Shown piece after piece: positions 16,098-20,767 of a stretch of DNA of 20,767 nt (within the stretch, counting starts at the first letter, position 1; every line of letters starts with the position of its first letter). The translations under genes were made by a program, and so were the position numbers. Where the stretch lies: assembly GCA_963977445.1 (NCBI GenBank), contig CAXBPH010000109.1:1-20767 (forward strand), read 5' to 3'. The notes beneath the pieces were generated by a model. That model was not told where the DNA came from. It worked only from the letters and a program-made list of their open reading frames with translations, and searched no databases. This DNA is from an uncultured bacterium (GTDB lineage Bacteria; Hydrogenedentota; Hydrogenedentia; Hydrogenedentales; JAEUWI01).

Positions 16098-17615
16098 ATG
16101 TCATTCTTCCGCTCAGAACGCGGTATCGGTCGTGGTGAAGTTGCCGAGAGCCAGCTGGAAGTCCCTATCTTCGCGGTCTTCATGCTTGTTTGCAGCATGA
16201 TACTGGTTGCGCAGCACCTCCTTTTGGAAAACGATAGCCTTACCGCCGCGCTTTCCATCAGTATGGTCGTGTTCGGGGGCACCGTAGTGCGCGTTGAGTT
16301 CGGCCTGTTTGTGTTGCTTATCGCCATGTTGCTGTCGCCAGAGATCGAACTACGTGCCGGGGTTAACGGGGACCGCAGTCTGAACATCCGCTACGATGAT
16401 ATCCTGATCATCGTTATTTTTCTCGGCGTCATGGTCAAACTCGTATTCGAGGGGCGTTTGATGCTCTGGCAGCCCAGCCCCATCAACGCTGGCATCGTGG
16501 CCTACTATGCGGTCTGTATCTTTGCCACCTTGCTGGCCTACGAGCGCAGTCTGCCTGCCTGGGACAAGCGGACCGCTTTCTTTGTCATGTTGAAGATGCT
16601 GGAGTTCTACCTGATATTCTTCATGGTGGCCCACTCCGTTCGCACGTCGAAAGATATTCGAACGCCTCTGGCACTATTTTTTGTCGTCATGTTGATTGTG
16701 AGCGCCTACGGCATTTACTCCATTGGAACGACGCCACGGGTGAGTGCGCCCTTTGAAAAAGGGGGTACGGAGCCCAATACCCTGGGCGGCTATCTCGTAA
16801 TTTGCCTCTGTGTGGCCCTCGGGTTGTGTCTCCAGGCCCGACGCTATCGAATAAAACTGATCTATCTCGCCATCGTAGTTCTGGGCACAATCCCCCTGCT
16901 CTATACGCTGTCGCGGGCGTCCTATATCGCGATCATCGTGGGATTTACCGTCATTGGAGTCATGAGTCGAAAATACCTCGTGCTGGTTGCGCTAGCGGCC
17001 ATCCTGTTGAGTTCGACGCTCATTATGCCCACGGAAGTCATTGAACGTGTCGCCTTCACCGTTCAGGAAGAGGGTGGGCGTGATCTGACGGTCGGTGGAC
17101 GAGAGCTTGGTGTTAAGGTGGATAAGTCGACCTACGAGCGGGTACACGTCTGGCGAAAAGTGGGATTTATTCTCAGCCTGGGACCCCAATTCTTTTTGTT
17201 CGGTGGTGGCGTTTCCTGGGAGTCGGTGCTCGACAGTCAATACGCCCGTGTGCTGCTGGAAACCGGTACCGTTGGGCTTCTTGCCTTTGTATTTCTGCTG
17301 TATCAGCTACTGAGAACCACCCGCCAGGCCTATCGGTGGACAGATGACTGGATGGGCCGGGGCATCGCGTTGGGCATGTTTGGGGCCACAGCGGCCCTCG
17401 TGGTTCACTCCTTTGGAACGATTTCATTCCTGATCGTTCGCATCATGGAGCCCTACTGGTTTCTTATTGCCCTGACCGTAACGATTCGCAATGAAGCTAT
17501 CTTCAGGCATCTGCAACGCCACCGCGCCCAACAGCGTATACGGCAACCGAAAATTGTAGAACCCGCCGTTGAAGAACTTCCTCTCGAAGCCGGTGTGGGC
17601 GCTGCCAGCCAATAG
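16098..17615 (+). CDS. O-antigen ligase / Wzy polymerase family (Wzy_C) membrane protein
   Basis: There are ten or more hydrophobic segments. Family-like motifs are EPNTLGGYL, TLSRASYIA, STYERVHVW and FGGG...DSQYARVLLETGTVGL. It lies directly downstream of wzc. Confidence 0.8.
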   Translation: MSFFRSERGIGRGEVAESQLEVPIFAVFMLVCSMILVAQHLLLENDSLTAALSISMVVFGGTVVRVEFGLFVLLIAMLLSPEIELRAGVNGDRSLNIRYDDILIIVIFLGVMVKLVFEGRLMLWQPSPINAGIVAYYAVCIFATLLAYERSLPAWDKRTAFFVMLKMLEFYLIFFMVAHSVRTSKDIRTPLALFFVVMLIVSAYGIYSIGTTPRVSAPFEKGGTEPNTLGGYLVICLCVALGLCLQARRYRIKLIYLAIVVLGTIPLLYTLSRASYIAIIVGFTVIGVMSRKYLVLVALAAILLSSTLIMPTEVIERVAFTVQEEGGRDLTVGGRELGVKVDKSTYERVHVWRKVGFILSLGPQFFLFGGGVSWESVLDSQYARVLLETGTVGLLAFVFLLYQLLRTTRQAYRWTDDWMGRGIALGMFGATAALVVHSFGTISFLIVRIMEPYWFLIALTVTIRNEAIFRHLQRHRAQQRIRQPKIVEPAVEELPLEAGVGAASQ

Positions 17616-17631
17616 GGGGCTACTGCCAACC

Positions 17632-19134
17632 TTAGTGGCCGCGCACGCCTTCGAGACGGGGCACCGCGTAGGTGCCCATGCGTATCTGGTCAAACATGCT
17701 CTTCTCGGTAGCAAATTCCTGTGCCCGTTCCAGACTGATTTGCTTCTGATTGAACAAATTGAAGAGGTAGTGTTCAAAGAGGAAGGAGTGGGAAACAGAC
17801 TGCTGCATCCCAATTCGTATGTGATCCGTGCTGCCTTCCATGATGCCGTCGGCCACGGCCTTTACATCATTGAGCATCATTTCCAGGGCAGGAATGCGGC
17901 CACCACCAATTTTTGGAACCAGGCGCTGGCAAATGACGCATTGCAGGCAATCACGTAACTGCAATTTGACGAGGTCCCGTTCTATCGGGTCGAAGAAACT
18001 GAGCACCCGGTTAACCACCTCCGCCGCCGTGTTGGCGTGGAGGGTGCTGATGACCAAGTGACCCGTGGCGGCCGCATTGATGGCGGAGCGAATTGTATCG
18101 GGGTCACGCATTTCACCAATGAGGATGACATCGGGATCGTGACGCAGGGCACCGGTCACGGCGTGAAAGAACGATTTCACATCCATACCGAGATTCCGCT
18201 GCGAAATGATGGACTTCTTGTTTGAGTGAACGAACTCGATTGGATTTTCGATGGTCAGAATATGGCTGGAGCGGGTGGTGTTGATCCAGTCAATCAACGC
18301 GGCCACCGTGGTGGTCTTTCCGCTCCCTGTCATGCCCGTAACGAGCAACAGACCCCGGTGTAACTCCGCCAGCTTTACCATGGTGTCCGTGGGTACGTGG
18401 AGCTCTTCAAAGCTCGGCACCGTTTCCGGAAGATAGCGAAAGGTACAGTGGGGCGCGCCTGATTTTATGAAGGCCGAGACTCTGGAATAGCCCAGGCCCG
18501 CCTGGTGATAATTGAAACTCGTCTGCTTGTCCGCGATGAATTCGTTCCAGGCATCATCGAGGGAGATTTCCTTAATCAGGGAGAGAATCTGCACCGCTGA
18601 AAGGGGACCCATAATATCGGCTGGTCGGGTTTCCCCATCGATTCGAAACACGGGGCGCACCCCGGGCGAAAGGTGCACATCACTGGCGCGGTATTGGATC
18701 ATGGCCTTAAACAACAGCTCAGCGCTGATGTGATCGAGGCGATATTTACCCCCTTCCGCGCGCCAGACTTCGGGAATGGGCATGGCCTTCGCAAAGGTGT
18801 CGAAGGCCTCCATTGCGGCATGGGCGGTGTCGGGGGAGGTGGGCGCAAAGGTGTAAAACACGCAACCTTCTTCCACATGGCTGGTGCCGTGGGGCGAGAG
18901 GGTCGCAATCGATGCGTCGAGAGCGTCTCGCTCGGGCCATGTCTCGGGCACGCGAATCAAGAAATGATCAAAGGGGCCTTCGAATTCGGAGCGCTCGGCT
19001 TCCAGATGGAGGTCCTCGTTCCAGGCAGTAATGCGCCGGGGAACCCCTTCCGTTCGGAGAAGATGTTTCTCCAGAAGTCCTATAACACCACGAAACGATT
19101 GTTGGGCACCGGTACCCATAAGAAAAACAGCCAC
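17632..19134 (-). CDS. pilT: PilT/PilU-family type IV pilus retraction-type ATPase with an N-terminal extension
   Basis: ASDVHLSPGVRPVFRIDG, Walker A GMTGSGKTT, Asp box TIENPIEFVH, ALRHDPDVILIGEMRD, His box TGHLVISTLH, VICQRLVP and GRIPALE. I moved the start from 19233 to GTG 19134, where the RBS GGAGAGAGGT lies 6 nt upstream; ATG 19119 is an alternative. Confidence 0.88.
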   Translation of the reverse strand: MAVFLMGTGAQQSFRGVIGLLEKHLLRTEGVPRRITAWNEDLHLEAERSEFEGPFDHFLIRVPETWPERDALDASIATLSPHGTSHVEEGCVFYTFAPTSPDTAHAAMEAFDTFAKAMPIPEVWRAEGGKYRLDHISAELLFKAMIQYRASDVHLSPGVRPVFRIDGETRPADIMGPLSAVQILSLIKEISLDDAWNEFIADKQTSFNYHQAGLGYSRVSAFIKSGAPHCTFRYLPETVPSFEELHVPTDTMVKLAELHRGLLLVTGMTGSGKTTTVAALIDWINTTRSSHILTIENPIEFVHSNKKSIISQRNLGMDVKSFFHAVTGALRHDPDVILIGEMRDPDTIRSAINAAATGHLVISTLHANTAAEVVNRVLSFFDPIERDLVKLQLRDCLQCVICQRLVPKIGGGRIPALEMMLNDVKAVADGIMEGSTDHIRIGMQQSVSHSFLFEHYLFNLFNQKQISLERAQEFATEKSMFDQIRMGTYAVPRLEGVRGH

Positions 19135-19187
19135 GACAATACCTCTCTCCAGAGATTGACCAGTCTGTAATGTAAAAACTCTTCGCC

Positions 19188-19216
19188 ATGGTACGCCATC
19201 CTTGTGTACTATGCAA
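19188..19216 (-). promoter_or_regulatory. Putative sigma70 promoter for the PilT-family gene
   Basis: The minus strand reads TTGCAT-N17-TACCAT, 53 nt upstream of GTG 19134. Confidence 0.5.
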
Positions 19217-19227
19217 ACCCGTTTTTC

Positions 19228-19257
19228 TTGCACCCCAAAAGGGGACTGCCGTATAAT
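19228..19257 (+). promoter_or_regulatory. Putative sigma70 promoter for the aldehyde dehydrogenase
   Basis: TTGCAC (19228-19233)-N18-TATAAT (19252-19257). Confidence 0.55.
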
Positions 19258-19415
19258 TTAGCCATCGGTAATCTGGACATCGCACTTCCCTGGTGCGTCT
19301 CTTCTTCGTCCAGATCGGATAATGATGCAGCCCGCGATCGCATGTGCATCGAGTCCCAGGAATTATTTCATTGCCCCCGGTATGTGATTGCGCGTCAACC
19401 AGCTAGAGGTGCCCT

Positions 19416-20767
19416 ATGGCCAGTAGTATAGAAGTAACCAGTCCCTTTTCAGAATCCGTGGTATGCAGCGTGGATGCCCTTTCTGCAGAAGGCGTAGATG
19501 CCGTCGTGGACCAGGCCCGTGCGGCCTATGCGGAATGGCGGACATCTCCACTCATCGTGCGCAAGGCCCTCTGCGAAGGGGTTGTGGCCTGGTTTCAAAA
19601 AAATTCCGATAAGATTGCAGCGGATATCACCCGGCAGATGGGTAAGCCCCTGGGCCAGGCGAAAGGGGAAATCGGGGGCCTCGCAGAGCGAGCAAACTAC
19701 ATGATTGCCATCGCCGATGAGACCCTTGCCGACGATGTGTTGCCGGAAAAAGAAGGGTTCACCCGCTACATCCGCCACGAGCCTTTGGGTGTGGTCCTGG
19801 ATATCGCCGCGTGGAACTATCCCTTGCTTATCGCCGTCAATGTGGTGGTGCCGGCCGTACTCGCGGGTAACGCGGTTATCGTGAAGCATTCCAGCAAAAC
19901 GCCCTTGTGCGCCACCGCTTTCGAAGAAGCCTTCCGCGCGGCCGGTGCGCCTGACTTTCTTGTTCAGGCGGTTGCCGCAGATCACGAAGTGACCGAACTC
20001 CTGATTAAACACGAAGGTGTGGATCACGTCTCCTTCACGGGTTCCGTTTCCGGTGGACGTCAGGTCAATCAGAGCGCCGCAGACCGTTTTGTAGAAGTGG
20101 GCCTCGAATTGGGTGGCAAAGATCCCGCCTATGTGTGCGCCGATGCCGATTTTGACTGGGCCGTGGCCAATTGCGTTGATGGAGCCTTCTACAACGCGGG
20201 TCAGTCCTGTTGCGCCGTAGAGCGCGTCTATGTCGAAGCGCCCATCTACGACAAATTTGTCGAAGCCTACGCCGCAAAGGCCCGTGAGTATGTCGTGGGC
20301 GATCCCATGAATACGGCCACGACCCTGGGCCCCCTGGCCTCCAAGGGAGCCATCGCCTTTTTGCAGCAGCAGGTTGCGGATGCCGTAGCGGCCGGCGCAC
20401 GACTGGTGGTATCGCCCGACGAGTTTTTGACGCCTAAGACCGGCTATTTCCTCGCGCCCGCCGTGGTCGCCGACGCGCCCCAGGATTGCTCCCTCATGCA
20501 GGAAGAAAGTTTTGGTCCAGTGATTGGGATCACCAAGGTTTCCGGCGACGAAGAAGCCATCAAGTTCATGAACGACAGTCCCTATGGCCTGACGGCGTCC
20601 ATCTGGACCAGCGACACCGAGCGGGCTATTCGTATTGGTGAGCAAATCGAAACGGGCACCTTTTTCATGAACCGCTGCGATTGCCTGGACCCGGCGTTGC
20701 CCTGGTGCGGCGTGAAAGACACGGGCCGTGGCGCGACCTTGTCGACCTATGGCCTGCTGGGCTTTAC
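19416..20767 (+). CDS. NAD(P)-dependent aldehyde dehydrogenase family protein, 3'-truncated by the window edge
   Basis: Not in the ORF track because it has no stop in the window. Translated by hand from ATG 19416 (RBS GAGGT): MASSIEVTSPFS...QMGKPLGQAKGE...RHEPLGVVLDIAAWNYP...AGNAVIVKHSSKTP...SFTGSVSGG...LELGGKDPAYV...FYNAGQSCCAVERVYV...MQEESFGPV...MNDSPYGLTASIWT. Confidence 0.95.
   Translation, partial: MASSIEVTSPFSESVVCSVDALSAEGVDAVVDQARAAYAEWRTSPLIVRKALCEGVVAWFQKNSDKIAADITRQMGKPLGQAKGEIGGLAERANYMIAIADETLADDVLPEKEGFTRYIRHEPLGVVLDIAAWNYPLLIAVNVVVPAVLAGNAVIVKHSSKTPLCATAFEEAFRAAGAPDFLVQAVAADHEVTELLIKHEGVDHVSFTGSVSGGRQVNQSAADRFVEVGLELGGKDPAYVCADADFDWAVANCVDGAFYNAGQSCCAVERVYVEAPIYDKFVEAYAAKAREYVVGDPMNTATTLGPLASKGAIAFLQQQVADAVAAGARLVVSPDEFLTPKTGYFLAPAVVADAPQDCSLMQEESFGPVIGITKVSGDEEAIKFMNDSPYGLTASIWTSDTERAIRIGEQIETGTFFMNRCDCLDPALPWCGVKDTGRGATLSTYGLLGF

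Noticed and set aside
19135..19233. N-terminal 33 codons of the 533-aa PilT ORF
   Set aside because: A strong RBS precedes GTG 19134 and a candidate promoter lies within this stretch.
19449..20645. 398-aa minus-strand ORF
   Set aside because: It is the antisense shadow of the plus-strand aldehyde dehydrogenase, which has all the family motifs, an RBS and a promoter.
1..20767. CRISPR arrays, tRNA/rRNA genes, transposases, integrases or prophage genes (including a filamentous phage origin for the secretin)
   Set aside because: I saw no regularly spaced repeats, RNA gene signatures or mobile-element proteins by eye. The ATPase is ExeA-like rather than Zot/pI-like, and no small coat genes are present.

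Overview
This is a GC-rich, gene-dense bacterial chromosomal window from a diderm, since it encodes a secretin. A lineage such as Hydrogenedentota is only a guess from protein style. From left to right it holds a tandem pair of dynamin-like membrane GTPases (the first 5'-truncated), two paralogous TPR-membrane proteins on the minus strand, and a fused hydantoinase A/B (5-oxoprolinase-type) gene. Next comes a five-gene plus-strand operon behind a near-consensus sigma70 promoter: an ExeA/GspA-type ATPase, a membrane-anchored TPR protein, a protein fusing a Wza-type polysaccharide-export domain to a type II/IV secretin, a Wzc co-polymerase/tyrosine kinase, and a Wzy/O-antigen-ligase-family protein. 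The window ends with a convergent PilT-family ATPase carrying an N-terminal extension, and an aldehyde dehydrogenase that runs off the right end and is absent from the ORF track. The most striking item is the Poly_export-secretin fusion in the position normally held by wza. It suggests a Wzy-dependent polysaccharide export machine that uses a secretin as its outer-membrane pore. All family assignments come from motif recognition by eye; no searches were run.
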